From the NCBI GenBank assembly GCA_951406725.2, contig OX597814.1, positions 201,624,001 through 201,688,000 on the forward strand: DNA of 64,000 nucleotides. Reading direction: 5' to 3'. Source of the DNA: Octopus vulgaris. Its lineage: Eukaryota. The translations under genes were made by a program, and so were the position numbers. Numbering within the stretch: the first letter of the stretch is position 1; each line of letters opens with the position of its first letter. The notes under the pieces are model-generated. The model had not been told where the DNA came from. It searched no databases and saw only the letters and a program-made list of their open reading frames with translations. Shown here piece after piece: positions 11,815 through 25,499 of this stretch.

Positions 11815-12662
11815 ATGTGTTGCTTATGGATGAGGACAGCTGTGTGAAAAAGTGTCACACTCTAGCAGTTGAGGGAACCTGTGGAAAAAGTAGACCCAGG
11901 AAGACCTGGGATGAGGTGGTGAAGCATGACCTTTGAACATTGGGCCTCACCAAAGCAATGACTAGTGACCGAGACCTTTGGAGATATGCTGTGCTTGAGA
12001 AGACCTGACAAGCCAAGTGAGACCATAGCCCGTGGCCTATGCCATTGATGTATAACCAGCCCACTTATGAGTACTCTTCATTCATTGGACAATAGACTTC
12101 ATTCATTGAACAATAAACTTTGCTTGCGGAGACCAGTTGAGGCAAATGAAATCAAAATCAAAATTGCTAAAGTAGCCAATGACAGTACTGCCTGATTGGA
12201 ACTCATGCCAGTGGAACGTTAAAAGCACCATCTGAGCGTGACCGTTGCCAGGGCCGCTGACTGCCCCCCATACCGGCGGCATGTAAAAAGCACCGTTTGA
12301 GCATGATCGTTGCCAGTGTCACCGTACTGGCACATGTGCCGGTGGCATGTGAAAAACAACATTCAAGCATGGTCGTTGCCAGTGCCGCTGGACTGGTTCC
12401 CATGCAGGTGGCATGTAAAAAATACCTTTTGAGCATGGTTGTTGCCAGAACTGCCTGAATGTCCCTCGTGCCAGTGGCACATAAAAGCACCCACTACACT
12501 CTCGAAGTTGTTGGTGTTAGGAAGGGCATCCAGCTGTAGAGACTTTGCCAGATAAGATTGGAGCCTGGTACAGCCTTCTGGCTTGCCAGTCCACAGTCAA
12601 ACCATCAAACCTATGCCAGCATGCAAAGCAGACGTTAAACGACGATGATAATGATGATGATG
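11815..12662 (+). mobile_element. RTE-type LINE 3' end with tandem ~62-bp UTR repeats
   Basis: Translates ..MDEDSCVKKCHTLAVEGTCGKSRPRKTWDEVVKHDL.. (GRPRKTW-like RTE C-terminus). Same as 61070-61270. Ends in a (GAT)n tail. Confidence 0.85.
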
Positions 12663-13256
12663 TGTATATATATATATATATTACGTACATATAAGAGGGG
12701 TGACCAGTAAGTGGACAACCATTATGCTAGAAGATCCGCTATGGTCTTACCACTAAGAAAGTAATGTTCTCAAGAAAATTTAGCAAACGCCAGAATGTAA
12801 GTGAGCAAGACAAATGAAAAGATAGAAAATATTGATTAATTACAAATCTGGTTTTGTTGTTATCGCTTATGTAATCATTTACGTAATTGTCCATAGCTCA
12901 TCAGTATGATCGTCTTTGCAAATATAATTTGAAGAATTAAGGTCAAACAACTGACAAGCAAATCTGTAGTATTGAGCAGAATACTTGCTGTAGCTCATCT
13001 TTTATACCAAGAGAAAACAATGTACATGATATCACTTCCAATCAGTTAAGATCAGAAGCCATGACAGCCACTGCCTGGTACTGCATCTGGGCATTTATGA
13101 TTATCATCATTATTATTATCATTATTGCCTGTCATTATCTCTTAGTTCTTTTCATATTATTATTAGTATTATTATTGTTATTATCATAGACCATTGGTTT
13201 TAAATTGATATTAATCAAACTAATATTCAAATTTTCACCCTTATTATTTTAAAATT

Positions 13257-13305
<49 letters not shown>

Positions 13306-13336
13306 CCAAAATAAGCAACAAGGATATCCAGAGGTA

Positions 13337-13425
13337 ATGCAGTACGATCGTTTCATGTGACTCCATTTAATTGAACAGTGCAAACATTACACCAATTTAA
13401 AATGTTGACCAATCTTCAGCTGCAT
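13337..13425 (-). ncRNA. Type I hammerhead ribozyme motif (poor stem II)
   Basis: ATGCAG-CTGAAGA-(~58 nt)-GAAA-C-GATC-G-TA-CTGCAT: 6-bp stem I, palindromic loop III, GUA triplet. Base of stem II pairs poorly. Confidence 0.65.
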
Positions 13426-14360
13426 AAAAATATAGAATTTAGTTAAATTCGAAGGACTCATTTGTATAGTCATTCTATTAACCAAAATCACATAGAGGAT
13501 AAGTAGATAGACAAAGAACATGTTTTATCAGCAACATCACAGTTGTAACTGCTTATCACTGATTATTTCTGTTATTTAGATTTACTAGTGGTGGAAGTTT
13601 TAATTTATAGACTAGTTTATCAAATCTAATAGAAACCAGAGTGTATCCTTTATGGATAGGGCAAAATAGATAGACAATTTAAGTGGCAGAGTCATAAATC
13701 AAGATTTCTTTGAAGTAAAATCATTTGGTTCAGTAAGAATATACTTGAGACAAGATTATAGCTGCTAAATTTGCAGATTAATGTTTATGGGACAGGGAGA
13801 GTGAAATGATATAGTATCAAACATTTACCTACAATAAAACAATGTTATTTGTATAAACACAGATACATTTTAGAGGTATTCCAAAGAGCTCTAAGAAGAA
13901 TATTTCTGAACACTTTCAGTATCAAAAAATTTTACACCATAGAGGGACAGAAAATATAGAAATAATTCCATATTTATATATTTCTATACTGCCTTAACAT
14001 ATATTTATAGTTATTTATTAAATGGTAATTATTGGTATCAATATAGGAAAGTTAAGTTAAAGGATTATGTTAAAATTTATATATTATATATTAACAATTT
14101 TAGTCTGAGCATATTTCTTCTATTATAAACAGTGAATATACCAGAAGTTTTATATAAACTGAGTATAAAATTTATAGATATATATTAAATAAAGTAATGT
14201 CGTAAATAAATAAATAAGAGACTGGTTTTAAAGTAAAATAAAGAATTAAAAAATAAAAATAATATAAAAAATATAATTCTTTGTAGAATATTATAGACAA
14301 GGGGTAAAAAGATTTATATTCCAAAAAACTATTGTAAGGTATATTTAGCTTATTTACATC

Positions 14361-14727
14361 AATAGGTAAAGTAATTTGTTAAAAAAAATATTTATAATTC
14401 CAAATGTTAGATTAAAAATTCTATTTACTTGTCATGAAAATATCTATAAATATCTTTAAATATCTATAAAGTATCATGTATACATAGTACTATACATACC
14501 TTTAAATATTTTAGAAAATACTATTTTATTATTCCTGAATTTTTAAAATTCAGGAATAATAAAATAGTATTTTCTAAAATATTTAAAGGTATGTATAGTA
14601 CTATGTATACATGATACTTTATAGATATTTAAAGATATTTATAGATATTTTCATGACAGGTAAATAGAATTTTTAATCTAACATTTGGAATTATAAATAT
14701 TTTTTTTAACAAATTACTTTACCTATT
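14361..14727. repeat. Near-perfect palindrome with 183-bp arms and a 1-nt centre (14544)
   Basis: ..ATTCCTGAATTTT-T-AAAATTCAGGAAT.. extends to AATAGGTAAAG/CTTTACCTATT with one mismatch seen. Confidence 0.95.
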
Positions 14728-15188
14728 CTTACTTGGAATTATAAATTTTTACCTCTGAGTTTTAAAAATCAATGATAAAATAGCATTAATTTTTTAGTCA
14801 ACACTAGGTGTTAATACATAGACAAATTGAATAAATAATTTATAATTTCTAAAATTATTACTTAAATCTTATATATCTATTGAAGTTACTAAGTTGTATA
14901 CTTAGTCCACAATAATTTTAGTGATTTAGCAATTTTCACATGTATTTCTATGATGGTTCTACTCTACCTAATCTTTTTCAATATTCTATGAATACCTTTA
15001 TACAAGCCTAGATTGTTGTACCCCATATAGCCATACTTAACTTATAATATACAATACAAGATCTTCCAAAAATATTTAGATTTCTCTTTATTTCCATTTT
15101 TTTCTTTGCGTTTTTTGGTTACCTCCCTTCAATTGTAGTTTAAGGATTTTGGTATGCATATATATATATATATACACACACATACATA

Positions 15189-15232
<44 letters not shown>

Positions 15233-15238
15233 TACATA

Positions 15239-15289
<51 letters not shown>

Positions 15290-15763
15290 TATATATGTAT
15301 GTATATGTTTGTGTATCTGTGTTTGTCCCCTTAACATTGCTTGACAATCAATGTTGGTAACTTAGCGGTTCAGCAAAAGAGACCAATAGAATAAGTCCTG
15401 GGGTCGATTTGTTCGACTAAAAGTAGTGCTCCAACATGGCCACAGTCACATGATTGAAATGAGTAAAAGAATGAAAAATGAAAGAAAAGAAAAGAATAAA
15501 ACACTTTGTGAAATGGGGTTAGGGTGGGGTGAAATGAGCAAGGACAACATAAGATTGAGAAGGGTCTTTAGATTTGTTGAGGGTAAGAAAACCTCTGTGG
15601 GTTTGCACCATGACAAAGACACACCCAGTAGACTTTGTATAAGGAAGGGCATCCAGCGGTAGACGCCGAGTAAAAACTGAGAGACTGGATCACAATATGG
15701 TGTGCTTAGCTGCTTGATTTTGGCAAACCATCCACTTCATGCCAGCAAGGAAGATGGATGTAA

Positions 15764-15764
15764 A

Positions 15765-15823
<59 letters not shown>

Positions 15824-15900
15824 GGCGATGATGATGGTGATGATGATGATGATGTTGGCGATGATGATGATGGCGATAGTGGTGGTGGTGGTGGTGGTAG

Positions 15901-15944
<44 letters not shown>

Positions 15945-15980
15945 GTGATAATGATGATGCTGGTGATGACGATGATAATA
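15764..15980 (+). repeat. (GAT/GGT)n microsatellite, expanded tail of an old RTE-type 3' end
   Basis: Follows an AGGAAGGGCATCCAGC..CATGCCAGCAAGGAAG tail remnant. Confidence 0.85.
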
Positions 15981-16344
15981 ACAAGGAGGGGATGGAGGAA
16001 GAAGATGATTTAAGGCTTTAGAAAATCCATACCAGCGCTTAAGCATTTTGCAAAAAATATGTTATTCAATAATTCTGTTATCCACAAATATGATTAATGT
16101 AACAAGATAAGCCATAATTTTTTAAATATATTTTTTTTTTCTAAATTTTTAACTTTAAAATTTTTCTTTTTAATTTGTCATGCAGAGTTTGCCAGCAAAT
16201 TTTTGCTTCATTTCCAGTGTGTCATAAAGTAAAAAAAAAAACAAAAAAGATATCAGATACCACTTGACTAGACTACATATAATCATCATTACAGATATTA
16301 ATTATATACAATCATCATTATGTACATTATCTTCTAGATTATAA

Positions 16345-16735
16345 TTCTTTCTGCTATTGGTACACGGCCCAAAATTTGTGGAGAGTTGGACAGTCGATTA
16401 GATCAACCCCAGTATGCAACTGGTACTTAATCTATTGACCCCCAAAAAGACGAAAGGCAAAGTTGACCTCGGTGGAACTTGAACTCAGAACGTAGTGGTA
16501 GACAAAATCTTCTGGATTATAATTCTTTTCTACTCTAGGCACAAGGCCTGAAATTTTTGGGGAGGGGGCTAGTTGATTAGATCGACAACGGTACACAACT
16601 AGTACTTAATTTATTGACCCCAAAAGGACAAAAGGAAAAGTTGACCACGGCGGAATTTGAACTCAGAACATAAAGACAGACAAAATACTGCTAAGCATTT
16701 CACCTGGCATGCTAACATTTCTGCTAGTTTGCTGA
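16345..16735 (-). mobile_element. SINE family B-like tandem dimer
   Basis: Two units with GAAAGGCAAAGTTGACC..GAACTCAGAAC-like cores and a variant 3' end. Confidence 0.75.
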
Positions 16736-17214
16736 TTTTGAAGCCCTTCTTATTGTCACCCCCTTTACAGAGTGTACTGGATATTTTGACTCATACCCCC
16801 AGAACCAGAGAAGCCACCAAGTAACTTGCAAGACAAGACCCCCTCAACTGAGTGGGGGAGGTCTAAGTTAAATGCATCAAAAAAGGGTTGGTTTACCTGG
16901 ATATTTGAATACTGAACAATCATTCTACTTTTGTGCAGGTTGATATTTTCTCTTGTTTTACTTAACTGCATTCCCAGAAGCCATTGCAGAGTTTCTAAAA
17001 AAAACAACAAATTATTTAATTCAAACCACAATTTAGATACATTCTGTTTTATATTTTCCAACGTGGCTGTGTGGTAAGAAGTTTGTTTAGCAACCACATG
17101 GTTCCAGGTTCAATTCTATTGTGTGGCACCTTGGGAAAGTGTCCTCTTCTATAACCTCAGGCTGTCCCAAGACTTGTGAGTGGATTTGGTTGGCAGAAAT
17201 TGAAAGAAACTGAA

Positions 17215-17451
17215 AAGGTGGTGAGCAGGCAGAAACGTTAGCATGCCAGGCGAAATGTTTAGCAGTATTTCATCTACCGTTACATTCCGAGTTCAAATTC
17301 CGCCGAGGTCGACTTTGCTTTTCATACATTTGGGGTCGATAAATTAAGTACCAGTTACACACTGGGGTCGATGTAATTGACTTAATCCATTTGTCTGTCC
17401 TTGTTTGTCCCTTCTGTGTTTAGCCCCTTGTGGGTAATAAAGAAATAAGAA
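17215..17451 (+). mobile_element. SINE family B
   Basis: AAGGTGGTGAGCAGGCAGAAACGTTAGCA head, GAGTTCAAATTCC B-box, Meta-like core, AAGAAAT tail. Confidence 0.85.
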
Positions 17452-17481
17452 ACTGAAAGTTATATATATCATCATCCTCAT

Positions 17482-17930
17482 CATCAACACATCTCCGTTC
17501 AAGCAACTCAACAATCTCGCCAGACTTACCTTTCAGTGTGCCAACCTTGAGGGTGTGGGAGGTATAAGCCCTAGGCACCTTGGGACGGGGGACAGTAGCT
17601 TCATGTAGCTGAAAAGAAAACTCGCGTTTGGCAGGATTCATAGACAAACAATAGACTCAAGTTCAAACCGCATACACTACACTATCATATTTTGCAATGT
17701 ATGATCACTACCTTTTATGGCAGGGGGTGGGGGTGGCATAAGACTTTTGAAGTGTACATGGGAGACAACCAAGGATGACAAAATTTGGGACTTCCTGTAA
17801 AGGTGGAGGAGTGTGAGGGTGGAGGAGGGGAGAGTGAGGGTGGGTTGATGGCTGGGGTGTAGGGGGTGGGAGGGTGTGTGTGTGGGGGGTGCACCGTGAA
17901 AACTAGCAGCCATGAAGGGGTGCCTCTCAT
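17482..17930 (-). mobile_element. RTE-type LINE 5' fragment (APE endonuclease start)
   Basis: Minus strand reads TLKVGTLKGKSGEIVELLERRCVD, resembling the N-terminal motif of an AP endonuclease. Confidence 0.6.
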
Positions 17931-18167
17931 CTCTTGGAAAAGGAATACTTAGTAGTAGGTATAAGAGACCTAATTGAGAGAGAGATATGTTGCAGATTTA
18001 GGGGAGATGCATGAGCTAAATATATATATATATATATATATACTCTTTTACTTGTTTCAGTCATTTGACTCTGGCCATGCTGGAGCACTGCCTTTTGTTG
18101 AGCAAATCGAACCCAGGACTTATTCTTTGTAAGCCTAGTACTTATTCTTTCGGTCTCTTTTGCCAAA

Positions 18168-18204
<37 letters not shown>

Positions 18205-18354
18205 TGTGTGTGTGTGTGTGTGTGTGTATGCACACATGCATGTATGTCTTTGTGTCTATGTTTGTCACCTACCACCACTTCACAACCAGTGTTGGTGTGT
18301 TTATGTCCCTATAGCTTAGCAGTTCAGCAACACAGACTGATAGAATAAGTACCA

Positions 18355-18586
18355 AAAGGTGGCGAGCTGGCAGAAACATTAACATACTGGGTGAAATGCT
18401 TAGCGGTATTTCATCTGCCGCTATGTTCTGAGTTCAAATTCCGCCGAGGTCAACTTTGCCTTTCATCCTTTCGAGGTCAATTAAATAAGTACCAGTTACA
18501 CACTGGGGTTGATATAATCGACTTAATCCATTTGTTTGTCCCCCCTGTGTGTAGCCCCTTGTGGGCAGTAAAGAAATAAGAAATAA
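18355..18586 (+). mobile_element. SINE family B nested in an older family A-like copy
   Basis: Full family B unit flanked by TAAGTACCAAA on both sides. Confidence 0.8.
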
Positions 18587-19295
18587 GAGTAAGTACCAAA
18601 CTTAAGAAAAATAAGTACAGGGAGTTGAAATGTACTTGATTTTGTTTCCCAACCACAGGGTTCTGGGTTCAGGTCCACTGTGTGGTATCTTGGGCAAGTG
18701 TCTTCTGCAATAACCTTGGGTTGATGAAGGCCTTGTGAATGGGTTTGGAAGGCAGAACCCCTCACTCTCAGCTTGATGGCTGGTATTGGTATGTTAAATC
18801 CCTATAACTTAGCGGTTTAGCAAAAGAGATCAATAAAATAAGTACTAAGCTTCAAAAATAATAAGTATGGGAGTTGATTCATTCAAAAAAAAATTCTTCA
18901 AGTCAGTGCCCCAGCATGGCCACAGTCTAAAGACTGAATCATGAAAGATAAAATAAGATGCAATAGGATAATATTTTCCTCGTTAATTGCAACTCAAGTT
19001 AGAAAAACAACTTATGGTTTGTTATATGTACACCTGTCTAAATAACTTTTCTGTACTCCAGAAGCATCGAATTTTGAGAAGAAAAATTATCATATGGTAA
19101 CACACAATCAGTGAATTGTATAAATAAATATTATGATTGTGTGGAAACTGTCTGAATCAATATTTCCAAACTCATTACAAATCTAGTGAATTAGTTAACT
19201 GATAAGCAGAGATGAAAGGAAGAGCTTATGTGGATATTATGAATTATGATAAGGTAAAAGAACTGTATTGAAATGTCATAAAAATCATGGCTTAA

Positions 19296-19690
19296 TCTTT
19301 ATATATAAAGTTGTGTGGTGTCTGTCTCCTACGATTTAGATTCCTAACTACTCCCACATTTTTTGGTGCAGTTTAATCAAAAGCGGGTATCTTATAGTCG
19401 TGATTCATATCGAGCCCTTCTGGGTATTAGCGCGCGTCTACGATGAGTCTACGATTTAAAAAAAAATTTACCATCATTTTTTTCCATTTTAATGCATTTT
19501 TTTGCTATTACATAAGGGAAGTAACTCTCTAAAAATGTCTACGATGAGTCTACGATTTAAAAAAAATTTACCATCATTTTTTCCATTTTTAATGCATTTT
19601 TTGACTATTATATAAGGGAAGTAACTCTCTAAAAATGCTTATACAGTTATTTCCCTTACAAACCCGAGCAACGCCGGGCGATACTGCTAA
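19296..19690 (+). mobile_element. Non-autonomous Helitron with an internal ~100-bp tandem duplication
   Basis: A|TCTTTATATATAAAG start, CCCGAGCAACGCCGGG hairpin, CTAA|T end. GTCTACGATGAGTCTACGATTTAAAA unit occurs twice. Confidence 0.75.
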
Positions 19691-20099
19691 TTACAAATAA
19701 AAAAAATACCTTGGTTTCATCAAACTCCAAACCAGAAGCTGAGTGAAATTCTTTGTGCTTCGTACTGCCAGCAAAAGCTTTGTTTTGGTTTAACCCTTTT
19801 ATCAGAGTAAAGATTGTTTGCTAACATAACATGGCAGTCCTGGTTTAGGACTAATGTTGCTGTAATTTAGCCCTAGGGGACATCGTCTCCAGCGGGCTAT
19901 ATGACAGCTCAAAACAATATCTGTATATCGCAATTTCCGGGTTATTTTCCTTCATCTGCACAGAATAATTGTTTTGAGCTGAGTAGGGCTGCTAGATTCC
20001 CTTGTTCGAAAATATAAGGACACAGATCACGTAAAAGATAAAAGATATACTGGGGTTGAATTGCTCAACTAAAAACATTCAAGGTGGTGCTCCAGCATG

Positions 20100-20372
20100 G
20101 CCTTCTTCAACAGTTATATTAGGATTTTGTTCCATCAGGGTTTGTAGGACATCCTTGTCAAGCTCTGCAGATCCTCCAGGAAAAGGCATTGTTGCCTTTG
20201 TTGAAAGCAAAATATGCCAAATATGCTCCTTTGTCACTTCCATTATAGCTTTGAAAAAAATCACTGTTAAAATCGAACTGCACTCTTCAAAACTTGCACT
20301 AAGAATAAGGACAAGGTATAATTACAACCTGCTTTAATAGCAAATTGATGCAGGTAGTTTATCCTGTCCCCA
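20100..20372 (-). mobile_element. Mariner transposase 5' fragment
   Basis: MEVTKEHIWHILL..SAELDKDVLQTLMEQNPNITVEE, the same family as 52887-54125. Confidence 0.8.
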
Positions 20373-21977
20373 CATTAATTATTAGATGGGCATGATGTGA
20401 GACTCGTGGCTCAGTGGTTAGGGTATTTGATGCACAATCATAAGGTCATGAGTTCAATTCCTGGTGACATGCTGTGTCATTGAGCAATACACTTTATTTC
20501 ACATTACTTCACTCAGCTGGCAAAAATGAACAGTATCTGTATTTCAAAGGGCCAGCCTTTGTCACATTTTGTTTCATATCGAATCCCTCTTAGAACTGTA
20601 TTAAGGGCATGCATGTCTATGGAGTGATTGGCCACTTGCTCATAATTTCATGAGAGGGCTGTCCCTTTCATCAGGTCAACTGGAACCCTAGTCATCATAA
20701 CCAACAGAGTGCAAGTTATATGGCAGACATTTACGCCTGTCAAACGCTATGTATCTAATAAATTTATTTAATTTACAAACACAGTGAGAGTGAAAATCTT
20801 TGGATATATCCCATACTAAATTTTAATCTGAAAATTAAAAACTGCTGACACAGTAATTTGTGTAGCGAAATAATTCTATTCTGCAATTATTCAAATTCGA
20901 GATTCGAAATTCTAAAAATGGAAAAAGTTACATCAGAAACAGAGAAAATGTTTTCGAACTTAGAGCAGTCCTATTAATCATATTAGTCGTTTGTCGAATG
21001 CGATACTTTTAGCTGAATTTATCTCAATCTATAAGCAACATCAATCATATCTGACTGGTAAATATTTTAGATTGATTACGACATTAACTTCTTTAATAAT
21101 ATGAACAGAAGTAACTTGAAAGAAAGAGAGGAAGACCAAGGAAGACTTAGGCAGAAATGATGAAAGCTCATCTCAGCATAGAGAATCTGGTGAAGGAGAC
21201 AACAAAAGGACTGACAAGAAGTTGAGATGTGTTGGGAAAAAATCCCGTTGAAGTCATGCAATACCTGGAGAAGAAAAAAACAGTCTGTAAATGGTATGAT
21301 GATGGTAATATTTCAGTGTACAGCATCATCATTGTTGTCATCATCATTGTCGTCACCACCACCACCACCACCACCATCACACATAATTATTTTCAGACCA
21401 CATGTATATATATATATATATATATATGTTTCACAATTCCATGAGAATTATCCCAAGAGAAGCTAAATAATTCTTTTGCATTCACTACTACAATCGTGTT
21501 AAACATATCAATTGTTTATTGTTCAGTTCTACAAGACTCAGATTTCTACCACACCCTCCTCCTCCTTCCATTCCCCTCCCCCTCCTCCTCCTCCTCGTCG
21601 TCATCATCATCTTATTGCTGCTTTCCATACTAGCATGGTTTTAACATGTTATCGCTGTTAAATTCGGTTCTAATGTGAAGCTTTTGATTTCCTTAAGAGA
21701 TCAGAGAATGTCTTGTTTCTATGTTTCTGTCTTTTATGCATTAGTTTCTACAGCTCTAGGCCCTTAGTGTCACTGACCACTTTTACAAAATATACTGGGT
21801 GCATTTTAGCATAGCACCAGCACCAGTGAAGTGGCCTTGTTTCTTGTTAGCCTCAATTCTATGATGTGTTTGTGTGCACAAGCCAAGTGACCAAGCAGAT
21901 GGACAGAAGAGAGAATGATGCAATAGGAACCAGAACAGATAAGTACCATAGCAAAAACATGGACAATGATAAAACGG

Positions 21978-22409
21978 AATTACTATTTTTAAATCTTACA
22001 ATGAGAGATATTCAGCAACAGTAATTTGGAGTAAAGATTGCCAACATAACATGGCAGTCCTGGTTTAGGACGAATGTTGCTGTAATTTAACCCCAGGAGA
22101 CATCGTCTCCAGCTGGCTATACGACACGATCTGTGTTCTTTTCGAACAAGGGAATCTAGCACCCTCACTCAGCTCAAAACAATATCTGTGTATCATGATT
22201 TCCGAGGATGCTAGATTCCCTTGTTCGAAAAAAAAAATTATAAGGACACAGATCGTGCTGTTATAGCGAGCTGGAAACGATGTCTCCTGGGGCTAAATTA
22301 CAGCAACATTCGTCCTAAACCAGGACTGCCATGTTATGTTGGCAAACAATCTTTACTACAAAGTGCTGTTGCTGAATATCTCTTGTTGTGAGATTTACAA
22401 ATAGTAATT
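21978..22409. mobile_element. MITE/fold-back element with ~190-bp inverted arms (partial second copy at 19805-20030)
   Basis: ..GCCAACATAACATGGCAGTCCTGGTTTAGGACGAATGTTGC..TTCGAACAAGGGAATCTAGCA is mirrored at 22208-22409. Spacer about 45 bp. Confidence 0.8.
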
Positions 22410-23893
22410 TTCTAATCAATAGTACCTGTAAAAATTGCTCGTTTGCTGAAGACAGAATCTGCATAAAATCACATGATATTAATAGTAAATAAAACAAGTG
22501 TACAACATGGAGATTTTTTAACCTCTTTGATTTAATTTTTGTTTCTTTGCTTCTTATCTTTAGAAATTGTGAGACAAATTTATGCAAAATCAAAACAGTT
22601 TGTATTAATTAGTTGATAGTACACCCTGTCAAAAGGATTTTGAATATGTGAAGAACTTCATATATTCAATCAAATTTTATTACACACTGTTTCAAAACAC
22701 AAGGAAATCAATGAGAATTATAAAAGATGAAAAGTAACTTAACATTTTTTTTTCTGTGTTAGTGATTTTCTGTTGCTATGAACAAAATGTTTGCAAAATC
22801 TGATATTCAAACATTAGTGATTTGTTGGTTAATATATGAATTTAAGTTCTCCAATTATTAGATAAGAGATAATACAAAGGCAAGAAGAAAAATGTCTGCT
22901 TAAGGGGAGGTAAGAGTTTGGGTGTTTCAGGGGAGGTAAGAGGTTTGGTGGGAACAAATAATTGCAATATGTAATAGAATGAACTGAAAACTTAGTTTAA
23001 TTTAGTTCAAAGAAACAGAAATTTAGTTTAAATATTTAAAAAAATCTGCAATCATTGATTAAAACAATGAAAATTGCTTAAAGTATGGTCAATTTCAAAT
23101 CAAAATTACACAGGTGTGTTATCTCATGATGCGTGTATGATAAATTATCTATACAAATTATGGAATTTCTTCAATGGAAATGAATTAAGCAGACAGATTC
23201 ATAAATTTAACACTGGAATGCACACCTTGTGTAACTAGAAAATAAAGAAACGCTGTCAGAGATTAACAGAAATGATTATTCACCATTATTTATCTTCTGC
23301 TGGCTTTTTCTCACAATTGCTTGTAAATTATGAGCAGCCACGTAAGTCCCACCACAAAAATCTGCTCTGCCCATCTCATTTCTGTCATCCCTCAGCATTT
23401 ATCTCCTTGCACAAACCTGAAGCTCCTCCTTCTTGGGTTTTGTTCTCTTGCAAGGTCCCTATGGTTGTCTCACTACTGTTAGTGGCATAGAAAAAAAAAA
23501 CACCTGGTACACACTGTAAAGTGGTCTGTGTTAGGAAGGGCATCCAGTTGTTGAAACCATTCTGGAGCAGACACTGGAGCATGACGGCAGTCTTTGCACC
23601 TGTTGGATTTTCTCAAACCATTCAAGCCATGCCAGCAGGGAACACCAGCATTAAAGGATGATGGTGGTGTGAATGATGACGATGATGATGACGGAAGGGT
23701 GGCCACGACTACGACAATGATGATGGTGCTGTTGTTGTTGTTGTTGTTGGTGGTAGTGGTGAGGATGATGATTGATGATGATGACAGAAGGGTGGCAACA
23801 ACTATGACAGTGATGATGGTGGTGGTGGTGGTGACAATGACGACGACGATGACAGTGGTAGTGTTGTTGTTGTTGTTGGTGGTCGTGGTAATG

Positions 23894-23925
<32 letters not shown>

Positions 23926-24544
23926 AATGATGGGAGGCTAGTGACGACTACAACAATGATGATGGTGATGGCAGTGCTGGCGGTGGTGGTGACGACGACA
24001 ACAATGACAACAACGATGATGATAGTGGTGATGTTGTTGGTGGTGGTGGTAGTGATGGTGGTGATGATGATGATGATGACGGCAATGCTGCTGCCACTAA
24101 GGAGGAGGAGGAGGAGAGAGGGGAGTAGGAGGAGGAGAAGAGGGGAGTAGGAGGAGGAGGAAGAGGGGAGTAGGAGGAGGAGGAGGAAGAGGAGGAGGAC
24201 TGAGTCTTGTAGAACTAAAGAATGAGCAACTAATATGATTCACATGACTGTAGTAGTGAATGCAGAAGAATTTTTTTTGGTCTTCTCTGGGGATAATTCA
24301 CATGGAATTCCGAAACATTTATACATATGGTTGGAAGATAATTATACAGAACTTCAGAGTTTATCACCATGGAGAGTATGAGGAACGGTGTTACTGAAGA
24401 GAATTCTATGTTATAAATTCACTATAAACCAGCAGGACTTTACTTGTTAACAAATCTGTGTGTTGGTATGTGTGTGGTTTGTGTGTTTATCTATCTGTCT
24501 GTCTGTCTGCCTATCTATCTATCTATATATATATGCATATATAC

Positions 24545-24575
<31 letters not shown>

Positions 24576-25499
24576 TATATATGTATATATATATGTATAT
24601 ATATGTATATATATATATACATACATATATATATGTATGTATATATACATATATATATGTATGTATATATACATATATATATGTATGTATGTATATGATG
24701 ATGATGATGATATATATATATATATATATAGATAGATAGATAGATATAAATATGCATATATACATATATATGTATATATGCATATATATATGTGTGTGTG
24801 TGTGTGTGTATGTATATATTATACATATCATTATAATCATCATAAATACACACACACATACACACACACACACACACACACATAAATATATGTGTATATA
24901 TAACTTCAGCATTTATTCTGTTTGGAATTGACAAAAATAAATAACTAATCTTATTTGATTTGTGGCAAGCAGAGAATTTTGATAATCTATAACTTAATGT
25001 GTTTCTATAAACTAACCAGAATATGTGTATGCTGTGTCGGAGGGTTAGACTGGTGACTCTGCTTCTACTTCTCTGACAAAAGCCTCATCTTCTACCACAC
25101 CAATTCCTCCTTCAATCAATAAATTTCCAAAACTTATTCAAGATATTTTTCTGTTTCACTAAATCATGGGCCTTGGGCTGGAGATATCAAAAAATTTCCC
25201 TATTTCCAACCAAAATCTCCACAAGCCACTAAAGCTATTTTTATTCTCTCTCTGTTTATTTCCTTGTGTTCCATTCTGTTGAAGAGCGTAGGCTCGAAAC
25301 GTAAAGGACTTTCTCACCTTCCCAAGCATTAAACTAATACACCTGTTTGTTGATTACACACCCAGCTGTAGAAACATTGCCTGATCAGACTGGAGCAGCC
25401 TCCTGGCTTGCCAGTTCGAACTAAACCATCCAACCTATGCCAGCATGGAAAGCGGATGTTAAATGATGATGATAAAGATGATATATATATATAATTTTA

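Larger units (their letters stand above)
13305..15150 (-). mobile_element. Highly decayed Penelope-like element with 3' HHR and internal palindrome
   Basis: Flanked by (TA)n on both sides. Minus-strand remnants FRNILLRALWNTSKMYL (thumb-like, ~13862-13912) and SMAIWGT..VFIEY*KK (GxAMG-like, ~14975-15040). HHR core at 13337-13425. Confidence 0.55.

Noticed and set aside
15690-16046. Poly-His/Met/Ser ORFs (also 9582-10274 and 23594-24150)
   Set aside because: (GAT)n-type tracts, mostly expanded retroposon tails. No splice or domain evidence.
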